Positions 19,695 to 31,177 of a DNA stretch of 64,000 bases are shown here, one piece after another. The first letter of the stretch is position 1, and each line of letters starts with the position of its first letter. A model generated the notes under the pieces. It worked only from the letters and a program-made list of their open reading frames with translations. It did not search any database and was not told where the DNA came from. A program made the translations under genes and the position numbers. The stretch is taken from assembly GCA_031414535.1 (NCBI GenBank), contig JANNVQ010000030.1:32001-96000 (forward strand). The letters run 5' to 3'. The DNA comes from Gemmatimonas sp. (GTDB lineage Bacteria; Gemmatimonadota; Gemmatimonadetes; Gemmatimonadales; Gemmatimonadaceae).

Positions 19695-20837
19695 GTGCCG
19701 TCTCTCTCCGCCTCCCCACGTGCTATCTGCCAACTTTGGTTCGCGCTCCTCCTCGGATGCGCAACGCCGGGGCTGAGCCTCGCGGCGCAGGAGGCCGGAG
19801 TCACCGTGAGCGGCACCGTGCGTGATTCGCTGGGACAGGGGGTGTCTGGCGCGCTCGTACAGTTGGCGGGCGGCATCCAGCGCGCCGAGTCGGACGCCAC
19901 GGGCAGCTTCGCGCTTCGGGACGTCCCAACTGGCGCACGAGAGCTCGTGATCCGACGAATTGGCTATCAGCCGCGCAGGCAACCACTGACGGTGTCTCGC
20001 AGCGGCGAAACCGGCATAGCGATTCGCCTCGAGACGCTCGCGCAGCCCATTGCGCCGGTGATCGTGCGTGGTCGCGAAACCCTGCGCGGCAATGCCGCCG
20101 CCTTTTACGCTCGGCGCGCGAGTGGACGTGGGCGTTTCCTCACCGCGGCGGAGATTGACAATCGTCAGTTGTGGACGATGCGCGACGTGATGCGCACGGT
20201 GCCCGGGACCCAAGTCCGAAACAATCGAGGGCGGCAGACTTTCTATATGCGCGGCGCGAGCCGTCCACCCGTGGTCTATCTCGACGGCGTGCGCATGGCG
20301 GCTGGTGAAGTCGATCTCAACCTTTTAGATCCTCGAACCTTTCTCGGCGTCGAGATTTACTCTGGCACGGCCACGACGCCGCCGGAGTACTCAATGAGCG
20401 ACCTCTACGGACAGAACGGCGGCGTGATTGTCGTGTGGACACGCGAAGGACGTGCGCTTCCGCGCCGGCCGCGCCGCGGAGACAGCTCACCGGCCGAGGT
20501 GGTGGCCGCTCTTATTGAGGCCAAGGAAGCGCTCACGGCCGACGCCGTGGATCGGCCCGCGCACATTGACCCGGCCAACGAGCTCACGCCGCTTTACCCC
20601 GACTCATTGTTCGAGGCCGGAATTGCCGGGTCCGCCACGCTCGAGTTCGTCATCGAGCCCGATGGGCAACTCCGCGTGGAGACCCTGAGCATTGTGAGTG
20701 CGACGCATCCGGCCTTCGGTGCGGCGGCGCGCGATGCCCTGCTTTCTGTACGGTTCATCCCAGCAGTGCAAAGAAACCGCAACGTGGCGCAGGTGGTGCT
20801 ACTGACGATTCGCTTCGAACCGGTCAGAAGGCCGTAG
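19695..20837 (+). CDS. Exported protein: carboxypeptidase-regulatory-like domain + plug-like domain + TonB C-terminal domain
   Basis: VSGTVRDS..., VEIYSG...GVIVVWT, and PLYP...GSATLEFVIEPDG...RFIPA...IRF (TonB_C). Start codon uncertain. Confidence 0.75.
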   Translation: MPSLSASPRAICQLWFALLLGCATPGLSLAAQEAGVTVSGTVRDSLGQGVSGALVQLAGGIQRAESDATGSFALRDVPTGARELVIRRIGYQPRRQPLTVSRSGETGIAIRLETLAQPIAPVIVRGRETLRGNAAAFYARRASGRGRFLTAAEIDNRQLWTMRDVMRTVPGTQVRNNRGRQTFYMRGASRPPVVYLDGVRMAAGEVDLNLLDPRTFLGVEIYSGTATTPPEYSMSDLYGQNGGVIVVWTREGRALPRRPRRGDSSPAEVVAALIEAKEALTADAVDRPAHIDPANELTPLYPDSLFEAGIAGSATLEFVIEPDGQLRVETLSIVSATHPAFGAAARDALLSVRFIPAVQRNRNVAQVVLLTIRFEPVRRP

Positions 20838-22233
20838 TCCAGAGCACCACGACGCCACAACCGGTGGCCGCGTTGGCAAACTCCGAGGGAATGCTCACGC
20901 CTCGACGATAGAGTTCCAAGCGTTTGGCGGACTGGAGGAGGATATGCAACTCCCACCCGTCCATGCGCAGGCGCGGAACACCATCCACGAAGACAGTCGG
21001 AACACAGAGGTCACCTCCCACACCGCGAAAAAAAATCATCGGGCGGTTGGTGTAACCGAGTTCCCCCTGCGACATCGGCGCTCGCACGCCGCCAATCGCC
21101 GTAAGGTCCTGCGCACGACGGCCGATCTTGTTGAGGTCGTCATTATCGAGGAACGTGCCCGACCCGGAACGCCGTCTCAACTCGTACGCGGTCCTGAAGG
21201 CGTCCGCGGCGAGGCCCGTCACGCGATACTCTGGGAGCAGAGTTCCCACAGCCGACATGCGCGCATCAAGGCTGAGCTCCTCATCGGGCATGAGCGCCAC
21301 TACCTGCGTGAGCGGCGCCCGACCGACTGCGCGCACAATCACCGTCTGAGATCCCGAGGGCACGCCAATGAGTCGTACATCACCACTCGGATCGCTTGTA
21401 CCCGAAGCGGCGTGGCCACGGATGCCAATCGTCGCATTCTCAATGGGCCGTCCGCGATCGTCGACGACGCGCACTCGCAGTCGCGCGCGTCCTCGGCGCG
21501 AGACTCCAGGATTGGCTACGTACAAACTGTCCGCCGCCACCGTGGCCGCGCTGTCGCTCAAGCTCACCGCCACGTCGCGTATGGTGATGGCACGCCCCTT
21601 TTCGGGGAATGCAAGCTGACCTGTTCGATGCGAGCCCACGCTGACGGTCATCGTGAGGTCCACGTCGGTTGGCACGCCGCAGAGCCTGAACTCACCGAGA
21701 CTGTCGGCATCCACGGTCATGGTCCGATCGATTTGTCTGGCGCCGCCCGCCCCACCGAAGTTCATCTCCCACCACGACACCTGCGCGGTTGCGCCTGCGA
21801 GCGGCCGACCATCTTCTGCTGCGCGCACGCGACCCAGGACAATCGTGGATGCTGAGTCCAAGGTGGTTCCGCACAGGAACCGACTCGTAGTGGCGAAAGA
21901 CGGCGTCGCGAGTTGCAGGTTGCGCAGCCCCTCGGCGGGAACCGTGACGCGATATGCTGGAGCGCTCAAGCGGGCTGAGTCGAGGGCGGGATGGAAAAAC
22001 GTCAGGAGATAGCTGCCCTCGGGAACGTCAGGCAGGACGAAGCGTCCGCGGCGGTCGGTCGTCGCGATTTGCGGCAAGCCTTCGATCACTACACGTGCGC
22101 CCTCCATGGGACCACGCGCCACGAGGGAGTCGTAGACCTCGCCGCGCAGTGTTTGCGCGCCCGCCTGACTGGCGTGGAGAGCAGCGCAGATGAGTGCACC
22201 GAGTAGGCCGCGTCGATTGCTGAGGAACGTCAT
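20824..22233 (-). CDS. Exported protein with three carboxypeptidase-regulatory-like domains and a C-terminal plug-like domain
   Basis: Repeated G.V.D...G.P..GA patterns. The C-terminus reads PTVFVDG...LELYR...CGVVVLWT. Signal peptide present. Confidence 0.75.
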   Translation of the reverse strand: MTFLSNRRGLLGALICAALHASQAGAQTLRGEVYDSLVARGPMEGARVVIEGLPQIATTDRRGRFVLPDVPEGSYLLTFFHPALDSARLSAPAYRVTVPAEGLRNLQLATPSFATTSRFLCGTTLDSASTIVLGRVRAAEDGRPLAGATAQVSWWEMNFGGAGGARQIDRTMTVDADSLGEFRLCGVPTDVDLTMTVSVGSHRTGQLAFPEKGRAITIRDVAVSLSDSAATVAADSLYVANPGVSRRGRARLRVRVVDDRGRPIENATIGIRGHAASGTSDPSGDVRLIGVPSGSQTVIVRAVGRAPLTQVVALMPDEELSLDARMSAVGTLLPEYRVTGLAADAFRTAYELRRRSGSGTFLDNDDLNKIGRRAQDLTAIGGVRAPMSQGELGYTNRPMIFFRGVGGDLCVPTVFVDGVPRLRMDGWELHILLQSAKRLELYRRGVSIPSEFANAATGCGVVVLWTTAF

Positions 22234-22266
22234 GGCCTCAGAATACCCCTTGAGAGAAGAGACGGC

Positions 22267-23091
22267 TCAGGGCCGTCGTCGCCGAGATACCGCAATGATC
22301 TCTGGTGGCACACTTCCCCGCTGAGACTCCGTCACCCAGTCGTAGTCCGCGTCCCACGCGTCACCGCCAAAGAGAATGAAGGCCCCGGCAGGGATGTTGC
22401 CGAGCGAGGCGCAGGGCCCCGCATCAGCTTGACGTCCGGGTGGCAGATCGTGAACCCACACGCGGCACTGGCCCTCGGGCGGATACTGCCCGGGTGGGAC
22501 GAAGAGCGTGCGGCGGCCGGCGACGCGAATGGTATCACTGCGAAACACGGTGTCTCGCAGAGTCACGATGACCGTGTCTAGGCGCGTGACAACAACCGTG
22601 TCCACCCGAGCGACAACAACCGTATCCACGCGCCCAGGATTACCCGTCGTCGGTGTCCCGGTCGTGGGTGTCCCGGTCGTGGGCGTCCCGGTCGTGGGCG
22701 TCCCCGTCCCCGGCAGAGTAGTCGGCACGGGCCGTGTGCCACTTCCCGTCCGCGTGGGAATGCGCGTGGGTATTGGAGTCTGAGGCGTACCCGTGCTCGG
22801 TAGCGTCACTGGTGCGCCGACCTTTACCGTGTCCACTCGGCGCAGGGTATCCACGCGCACGATAGTCCGTGTGCCGCCACGCCAGAGTGTATCGAGCCGC
22901 GTGACGGTATCCACACGCAACACGCTGTCGAAGCGGAACGAGATCACCACGCGGTTGCCACGATGGAACCCGTAGAGCGTGTCGCGCTCCGTGTACGCGC
23001 GGTCGGTTTGCGGAACGATGATAATCGCTCGGCGACAGCCACCGATGGACGCGGCAACGAAGAGTGCGAGAGTCCAGAGCAGTCGGTTCAT
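22267..23091 (-). CDS. Hypothetical lipoprotein with DT[VL] repeats and Thr/Pro/Gly linker
   Basis: Lipobox IGGC, repeated R[VL]DT[VL], GTPTT repeats and a C-terminal PPGQYPPEGQCRVW domain. Confidence 0.7.
   Translation of the reverse strand: MNRLLWTLALFVAASIGGCRRAIIIVPQTDRAYTERDTLYGFHRGNRVVISFRFDSVLRVDTVTRLDTLWRGGTRTIVRVDTLRRVDTVKVGAPVTLPSTGTPQTPIPTRIPTRTGSGTRPVPTTLPGTGTPTTGTPTTGTPTTGTPTTGNPGRVDTVVVARVDTVVVTRLDTVIVTLRDTVFRSDTIRVAGRRTLFVPPGQYPPEGQCRVWVHDLPPGRQADAGPCASLGNIPAGAFILFGGDAWDADYDWVTESQRGSVPPEIIAVSRRRRP
22642..22701. repeat. 15-bp coding tandem repeat x4 (TPTTG)
   Basis: CCCGGTCGTGGGYGT x3 plus one degenerate copy. Confidence 0.85.
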
Positions 23092-23098
23092 ACTGTCC

Positions 23099-23476
23099 TC
23101 AAGTCGGCTTGTACACGGCCATCGCGGCGGCGAGCATTGCCAGCAGGGGCAAGGCGAGAAGCAAGGGACGCGTGGCCTGCGGTGCGCGGTAGGGTAGAAT
23201 CACAACAACGGCCAGCACGGCCCACAGCGAGAGCTTCACCCAAAGCCAGAGCGGGAATCCGCTGCCGTGCGCGAATCCAATGCGCGCCAGCAGGCCGAAT
23301 CCACCGACGAGCACGAAGAGCGCACCCACGCCATGCATGGCGATCAGCAACTTGCGCGCGGCATTGTCTGCCTTGCGACCACCGTTGAGCGCATGCACGG
23401 TGAGCCCGCCGAGTGAGACGAGGGCGAGGGCGATGCCCAAGACGTGCACGATTTTATAGAAGGAGTACGGAAGCAT
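23099..23476 (-). CDS. Small four-helix membrane protein (SirB2-like)
   Basis: Four hydrophobic segments with His residues (YKIVHV, MHG) and WLWVKL. Confidence 0.7.
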   Translation of the reverse strand: MLPYSFYKIVHVLGIALALVSLGGLTVHALNGGRKADNAARKLLIAMHGVGALFVLVGGFGLLARIGFAHGSGFPLWLWVKLSLWAVLAVVVILPYRAPQATRPLLLALPLLAMLAAAMAVYKPT

Positions 23477-23552
23477 CTCAAAATGTTGCCTGCGGGCCGC
23501 GGATGAACAAGCGTCGCTGGCGCGAGGCGCGTCACCACGCTAGGCTGGCCGC

Positions 23553-23747
23553 ATGACGAAACAACCACCACAGATGTCGCCCCTCGTCGCGTGGGCCTCG
23601 CGCAATGGGGGCATCATCCTCTTTGTCCTGCTGCTTTCCGTTGCGATGATAGAAGGCGTGGCCATGTACGCGGCCAAACGGCGGGCCGCCCGCGAGGCGC
23701 CCGACGGTGCAACGACAGCAACGACAGCAGTTCCAGCGGCGCGCTAG
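23553..23747 (+). CDS. Small single-TM hypothetical protein
   Basis: 64-aa ORF with one hydrophobic stretch, filling the gap upstream of the GNAT gene. Confidence 0.45.
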   Translation: MTKQPPQMSPLVAWASRNGGIILFVLLLSVAMIEGVAMYAAKRRAAREAPDGATTATTAVPAAR

Positions 23748-23766
23748 CGAAGCGCACTCTCGAGAC

Positions 23767-24309
23767 ATGCCCTACACCCCAGAGATCCGCACGGAGCGAT
23801 TGCTGCTGCGCCCCTGGCGCGTGGCCGACGCAGGGCTGCTCAAGGACGCGATTGACCGCAATCTGGCGCATCTACGGCCGTGGATGGCGTGGGCACACGA
23901 TGAGCCCTCTCCCCTCAGCGTGATTGAGGCGCGGATCCTCAAGTTCGAGCAAGACTTCTTGGCGGGGCGCGACAGCATCTACGCCATCTTCTCGGCCGAT
24001 GAATCCACGGTGATTGGCGGCACAGGACTGCATCCACGCATTGAGGCCGGCGTTGAGATCGGCTATTGGCTCGACCGTCGAGAGCAAGGCAATGGCTACG
24101 CCACGGAAGCGGCCCAAGCACTCGTGCGAGAGGCCTTCCAACATGCGGACATCGCGTGCGTCCAGATTCGCTGCGACCCTGGTAACCTGAGGAGCGCCGC
24201 CCTGCCCGCGCGCCTGGGATTCGTGCATGTGGAGACGCTCGCGGGCGACATCACCGCGCCGGACGGCAGCCTGCGCGACACCATGGTGTGGGAGTTGCGG
24301 CGCCCGTAA
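23767..24309 (+). CDS. GNAT N-acetyltransferase, RimJ/RimL family
   Basis: IRTERLLLRP, EIGYWL...QGNGYATEA and N.RS..L..RLGF motifs. Confidence 0.9.
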   Translation: MPYTPEIRTERLLLRPWRVADAGLLKDAIDRNLAHLRPWMAWAHDEPSPLSVIEARILKFEQDFLAGRDSIYAIFSADESTVIGGTGLHPRIEAGVEIGYWLDRREQGNGYATEAAQALVREAFQHADIACVQIRCDPGNLRSAALPARLGFVHVETLAGDITAPDGSLRDTMVWELRRP

Positions 24310-24354
24310 GGGCGCGAATAAGTGAACCACAAAGCCGCCGATTCAGAGCAGGCC

Positions 24355-24396
24355 TTGCGTTACGCCAATGTACTTTGTATCGTCAAGTACTTGACG
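24355..24396 (+). promoter_or_regulatory. Putative promoter with overlapping palindromes
   Basis: TTGCGT-N17-TATCGT, with a perfect 16-bp palindrome CGTCAAGTACTTGACG at 24381-24396. Confidence 0.45.
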
Positions 24397-24440
24397 GCCA
24401 GCCATTTTCGCCACGCGCCACCTCTTCCAACGAACCCGGC

Positions 24441-25862
24441 ATGACTCCCCAACTCGCTCGCCGCCTCCTCGCCCTTGCCGCTGTGCTTGGCATTGCGGCC
24501 GACTACTTCCTCCGCGCAGGTGCCTGGCGCGCGGGGTTCGTGGTCTGGGCGCTCATGGTGCTCGGCGTCGGCGTCACTCTTGGCCACGATGAGGCCGCCA
24601 AAGGCGAGCGTCGCATGCTTTTCGCCGCGGCGGGCGCGCTCGCGTTGCTGCTGATTCTGCGCGACGCCCCAATGCTCTATGCGCTCGACTTCTTTGGCTT
24701 TGTCGTCGTGCTCTTCCTCATTGCCTGGCGCGCCCATGGGCGTCCTCTCGCGCAACTCGAGCCTCGCGATGCGCTGATTGGAGTAGCCTCGACCGTGGCA
24801 GCCGGAGCGGCCGGTGGCCCCATGCTCGTGGTTCGGGACTCCGACGCCACCAAAGTAGACGAAGGCTGGCGACGCTCGGCCAAGACGTTCGCCATCGGCA
24901 GCGTAGCCGCGATTCCCGTGCTCTTTATCGTCTCTGGATTGCTCGCCGAGGCCGATCCAATGTACGCGCGGTTCCTCGACCAGATTGGCACAGTCTTGCA
25001 ACTCAGCAGCGTGAGCCACGCGCTACTGATCGTGGTGGCGACTTGGCTCACGGCCGGTGCCCTGCGCGGCTCCGTGCAACCGGTGTTTATTGACGCGAGT
25101 AAGCTGCGCGGACGGCTTGACCTCCCCTTCGCCGCCGCCGCCCCCGTGCTGGGCGGGCTCTGTTTGCTGCTCAGCGTATGGATTGGCCTGCAGATGCGTA
25201 GCCTGTTTGGCGGTACTTCGTACATTGCCGGAGCGTCGGGTGTCACGGTGGCCGACTACGCGCGCCGCGGATTCTTCGAGCTCATCGTGATTGCCGGCAT
25301 CGTGCTCGCGGTGCTCCTCGTGGCAGACGATGTGCTCGACCGTGAGGACGGTGCCCAGCGTCGCTCGTTCCGCACCTGGGGCCAATTGCTCGTCGCACTC
25401 GTGGGCGCCGTGTTGATCTCCGCCATCATGCGCCTCGCACTCTACTTGGACTACTTCGGGCTCACTGACGATCGCGTGTTCGCGCTTGCCGTGCTGGTGT
25501 GGGTGGCCTTGGTACTTGTATGGTTCTCTTTGACCGTATTACGCGGTGTCCGCATGCGCTTTGCGCCAGGGGTGCTGGTCATCTCCGCCTGCTGGCTTGG
25601 CCTGCTCAACATCGCGAACCCAGAGCGTTGGGTGGTGGAGCTGAACCTGCGTCGCGCGGAGCAAGGTCAAGAGTTTGACGTCGCCTACCACGCTCAGCTT
25701 TCGGGCGATGCAATTCCAACATTGCTGCGCGAAGTAAACCGACTTGGCGCCGAGCGTGCCGCTGAAGTGCGCGCAGCCGTCACAACGGAGTGGACAAAGC
25801 GAAAGCTCCACCGCGCCGACTGGCGCAGGTGGAGCTTGCCCTTCTCACTCGTGAAGCCTTAG
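24441..25862 (+). CDS. DUF4173-family multi-pass membrane protein
   Basis: LLAEADP, YARRGFFEL, RLALYLDYFGLT..R and LSGDAIP motifs. Confidence 0.82.
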   Translation: MTPQLARRLLALAAVLGIAADYFLRAGAWRAGFVVWALMVLGVGVTLGHDEAAKGERRMLFAAAGALALLLILRDAPMLYALDFFGFVVVLFLIAWRAHGRPLAQLEPRDALIGVASTVAAGAAGGPMLVVRDSDATKVDEGWRRSAKTFAIGSVAAIPVLFIVSGLLAEADPMYARFLDQIGTVLQLSSVSHALLIVVATWLTAGALRGSVQPVFIDASKLRGRLDLPFAAAAPVLGGLCLLLSVWIGLQMRSLFGGTSYIAGASGVTVADYARRGFFELIVIAGIVLAVLLVADDVLDREDGAQRRSFRTWGQLLVALVGAVLISAIMRLALYLDYFGLTDDRVFALAVLVWVALVLVWFSLTVLRGVRMRFAPGVLVISACWLGLLNIANPERWVVELNLRRAEQGQEFDVAYHAQLSGDAIPTLLREVNRLGAERAAEVRAAVTTEWTKRKLHRADWRRWSLPFSLVKP

Positions 25863-25868
25863 CCAACT

Positions 25869-28130
<2,262 letters not shown>

Positions 28131-28183
28131 TTACGAATCTACTTCAAGGGCGAAGGGTTTCCGATTTTCGCTAAGGAGAGAGA

Positions 28184-28615
28184 ATGTCCCGTTCTGAGAC
28201 TGAAATGAGACCGCTTGCTTTGCAGATTGCCCGGAATTTCGCTCTTTGGCTGCTGTTTGTTCCCATCATCTTCATTCTGCTGAGTCCCATCGGAACGGCG
28301 CCCCTACCGGACGCTGAGGGCTGGATGCGCTTGGCGATGGTCGGCGTTCCCTTTCTCCTCGCCGGCGCGGTAGTAGAGGCAGTCTCCGCCCGGGCCTCTA
28401 CACCGTGGCGCCGCGCAATCGGAAATGGATTTTCGACTGCACTATTTATGTTCGTGGTATTGAATAGCGAGCGACTCGCGGTGGGCTTCGACGGCGCGCG
28501 CTTCGCGAAGGGGCTCGTCGTGCTTCCCGTGATGGCCCTCTTCTTTGCGCTGCATCCGTGGATCATAGAGACCTACCTCACCCCCCGCAAGCCGCCGACA
28601 GAGCCCGCCACGTAG
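28184..28615 (+). CDS. Hypothetical membrane protein
   Basis: AAGGAG RBS and four hydrophobic segments. Confidence 0.6.
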   Translation: MSRSETEMRPLALQIARNFALWLLFVPIIFILLSPIGTAPLPDAEGWMRLAMVGVPFLLAGAVVEAVSARASTPWRRAIGNGFSTALFMFVVLNSERLAVGFDGARFAKGLVVLPVMALFFALHPWIIETYLTPRKPPTEPAT

Positions 28616-28644
28616 TCAACGAAGCGCCTTCCAGTGGAGCGAAA

Positions 28645-28866
28645 ATGTCAAAGAAACTGCAGACCTACGAAGCGCCTGGCATCACGGTCACGTTCGACCC
28701 TAACATCTGCACGCACTCGGCCGTGTGCGTGCGCGGCTTGCCGGCGGTGTTCGACACAAAGCGCAGCCGCTGGGTACGCCCTGAACTCGCGACGCCAGAG
28801 GAAGTCATGGCGCAAGTCGCCAAGTGTCCCTCTGGAGCACTGCAAGCGACGCTGACCTCGAAGTGA
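28645..28866 (+). CDS. Divergent 4Fe-4S mono-cluster protein (YjdI-like)
   Basis: CTHSAVC...VF...W..P...CPSGAL motif with GGAG RBS. Confidence 0.88.
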   Translation: MSKKLQTYEAPGITVTFDPNICTHSAVCVRGLPAVFDTKRSRWVRPELATPEEVMAQVAKCPSGALQATLTSK

Positions 28867-29603
28867 CGGCTCTGAGTCGCAGCGCGCCGGGCCGCTTTCT
28901 CACGGCGAAGTGGCGCGACCTGTTGATGCTCAACTACGCTGTGGACCCGGCGCTCCTGCTGCCGTTGGTTCCGGCGGGCACCACACTTGATCTCTGGGAC
29001 GGCGCCGCCATCGCGAGCGTGGTCGGGTTTCGCTTCGTGGACACGCGAGTGCTCGGTATTCCCGTACCGTGGCATCGCGATTTTGACGAAGTGAACCTGC
29101 GCTTCTACGTGCGGCGGGTGGAGGGAAGCGAGGTGCGGCGCGGCGTCGTGTTCATCCGCGAACTCGTCCCCCGCGCTGCCATCGCCTGGCTGGCGCGCAC
29201 CCTCTACAACGAGCCATATCGCGCGCTGCCGATGCGGCACGCAATTGCCGAGAGCGCCGCGGGTCGCGAGCTGCGCTACGAGTGGCGCGAACGCGAACAG
29301 TGGGTGGGCATCGCCGCGCGCACTCGCGGTGCGGCGGCTCCGTTTGTCGTCGGCTCAGAGGCGGAGTTCATCACCGAGCACTATTGGGGCTACACGCGCC
29401 AGCGTGATGGCGGGACTATTGAGTACCGCGTGGCGCATCCCTCGTGGTCCGTGTGGGCCGCCGAAGAGCCGCGTGTGTACGGCGATGTTGCTCGTACCTA
29501 CGGCGCGCAGTTTGCGGCGGCTCTCAGTGGCAGCCCGCGCTCGGCGTTCGTCGCCGTGGGTAGCGAGATTAGCGTAGATAAGGGGCGACGCTTGTCGGCC
29601 TGA
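28863..29603 (+). CDS. DUF2071/YqjF family protein
   Basis: FLTAKWRDLLMLNY, FDEVNLRFYV and FITEHYWGY. GTG start overlaps the upstream stop (GTGA). Confidence 0.85.
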   Translation: MTALSRSAPGRFLTAKWRDLLMLNYAVDPALLLPLVPAGTTLDLWDGAAIASVVGFRFVDTRVLGIPVPWHRDFDEVNLRFYVRRVEGSEVRRGVVFIRELVPRAAIAWLARTLYNEPYRALPMRHAIAESAAGRELRYEWREREQWVGIAARTRGAAAPFVVGSEAEFITEHYWGYTRQRDGGTIEYRVAHPSWSVWAAEEPRVYGDVARTYGAQFAAALSGSPRSAFVAVGSEISVDKGRRLSA

Positions 29604-29615
29604 GTATTTTCCGCG

Positions 29616-30527
29616 ATGACCCGTTCTGCTGACATCGCCCTGCTCACCGACCACCGCTTCACCGCCACGGAGGCGGCACCGGACGATTGGTACCTGCGCA
29701 ACATCCTGCACGACGATGGCTTGCTGCAGACTGCACTCAGTGAGCTAGGGCTGACGAGCGTTCGGCTCGACTGGGCGGATCCGACGGTGGATTGGTCGCA
29801 GTTCCGCTGCGCCGTGTTCCGCACCACCTGGGATTACTTCGAGCGCTATGCGGAGTTCACGGCTTGGCTTGAGCGCATCGAGACCCAAACGCGGCTCGTG
29901 AACGCCGCGCACACCATTTGGTGGAATCTCGACAAGCATTATCTGGCTGATCTCGAGAGGCGCGGCGTGCCCGTGGTGCCTTCGAGATACATCGAGCCGG
30001 GGGATGGGTCGTCGCTGCTGGCGCTACTTGGCGAGATGCAGTGGGACGAAGCGGTGCTCAAACCCTGCGTCTCGGGCGCGGCGCGGCATACGTATCGCGT
30101 GAACGCCTCGAACGCCGCATCACTGCAAAGCGAACTGGTGCCGCTCTTGGCGACGGAATCGTTCATGCTGCAGCCTTTCGTGGCGGATATTACCGTGAAC
30201 GGTGAATACACGCTGATGGTGATTGACGGCGAAGTCACACACGCCGTGCAAAAGGTGCCGAAGGCTGGCGACTTCCGCGTGCAGGACGATCACGGCGGGA
30301 AGTGGATGCCCTACGCGCCGACTGCTGAGCAGAGTGCCTTTGCGCAGCGCGCGATGCAGTCGGTGACGCCGATGCCACAGTACGGGCGAGTGGACATGGT
30401 GCGCGGCAATGACGGCGGCTGGCAAATCATGGAGCTAGAGCTGATTGAGCCGGAGCTTTGGCTGCGGACTAAGCCGGAGGCGGCCACGCGATTGGCAGCC
30501 GCGCTAGCCCGCGATATCGCAGGCTAG
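29616..30527 (+). CDS. RimK-like ATP-grasp ligase
   Basis: RTTWDY, WNLDKHYL, VLKP..SG, QPF, RVD and MELELIEP motifs. Confidence 0.85.
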   Translation: MTRSADIALLTDHRFTATEAAPDDWYLRNILHDDGLLQTALSELGLTSVRLDWADPTVDWSQFRCAVFRTTWDYFERYAEFTAWLERIETQTRLVNAAHTIWWNLDKHYLADLERRGVPVVPSRYIEPGDGSSLLALLGEMQWDEAVLKPCVSGAARHTYRVNASNAASLQSELVPLLATESFMLQPFVADITVNGEYTLMVIDGEVTHAVQKVPKAGDFRVQDDHGGKWMPYAPTAEQSAFAQRAMQSVTPMPQYGRVDMVRGNDGGWQIMELELIEPELWLRTKPEAATRLAAALARDIAG

Positions 30528-30540
30528 CGCCTAGCGGAGC

Positions 30541-31110
30541 TTACTTCAGCTCCGTCATCGACTTAATCATCTTCCCCGCCACACCGTACTCAATGGCCGA
30601 CTGCGCGTCGAGCCAGAAGTTACGGTTGGTGTCTTCCTCGATGCGCGCGAGGGGCTGGCCTGTGGCCGCCGCGAAGATCTTGTTGAGACGCTCGCGCATC
30701 TTGATGATTTCGCGTGCCTCGATAGCGATGTCCGACGCGGTACCGCCCATGCCGCCTGCCGGCTGATGCAGCAGGAAGCGCGTGTTGGGCAGGCAGAAGC
30801 GCCGCTCCTTGGGCACAGAGACGTAGATGAGGGCACCTGCGCTCGCCACCCAACCCGTGCCCACGATGCGCACCGGTGCGTCCACGAACTGGATCATGTC
30901 GTGGATGGTGTCGCCGGCCTCGACGTGCCCGCCCTGCGAGTTCAAATAGAGCGTGATGGCATCCTTGGACTCAGAAGCCATCGCGAGCAACTGGGTGGTC
31001 ACCCGCTCGGACAGTTCCTGGTCGATGCCACCGGAAATAATGATGGCGCGCGCCTTGTAGAGGCGTTCGGCGAGAAGGTCCTGCGCGATGACGGGGTTGC
31101 TGCTGGACAT
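30541..31110 (-). CDS. clpP: ATP-dependent Clp protease proteolytic subunit (ClpP1-like isoform)
   Basis: [24 protein letters not shown] (Ser), LLHQPAGG (His) and RNFWL. Confidence 0.95.
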   Translation of the reverse strand: MSSSNPVIAQDLLAERLYKARAIIISGGIDQELSERVTTQLLAMASESKDAITLYLNSQGGHVEAGDTIHDMIQFVDAPVRIVGTGWVASAGALIYVSVPKERRFCLPNTRFLLHQPAGGMGGTASDIAIEAREIIKMRERLNKIFAAATGQPLARIEEDTNRNFWLDAQSAIEYGVAGKMIKSMTELK

Positions 31111-31177
31111 TAGAGCTCCGCGGCCGCTTGGCCGTTTGGGTTAGTTGGAAATCTAGCGGCCTGCGCTATTCTACAAG

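Noticed and set aside
22642..22701. Short repeats considered as a CRISPR array (also 63533-63568)
   Set aside because: They are head-to-tail tandem repeats without spacers, and no cas genes are present.
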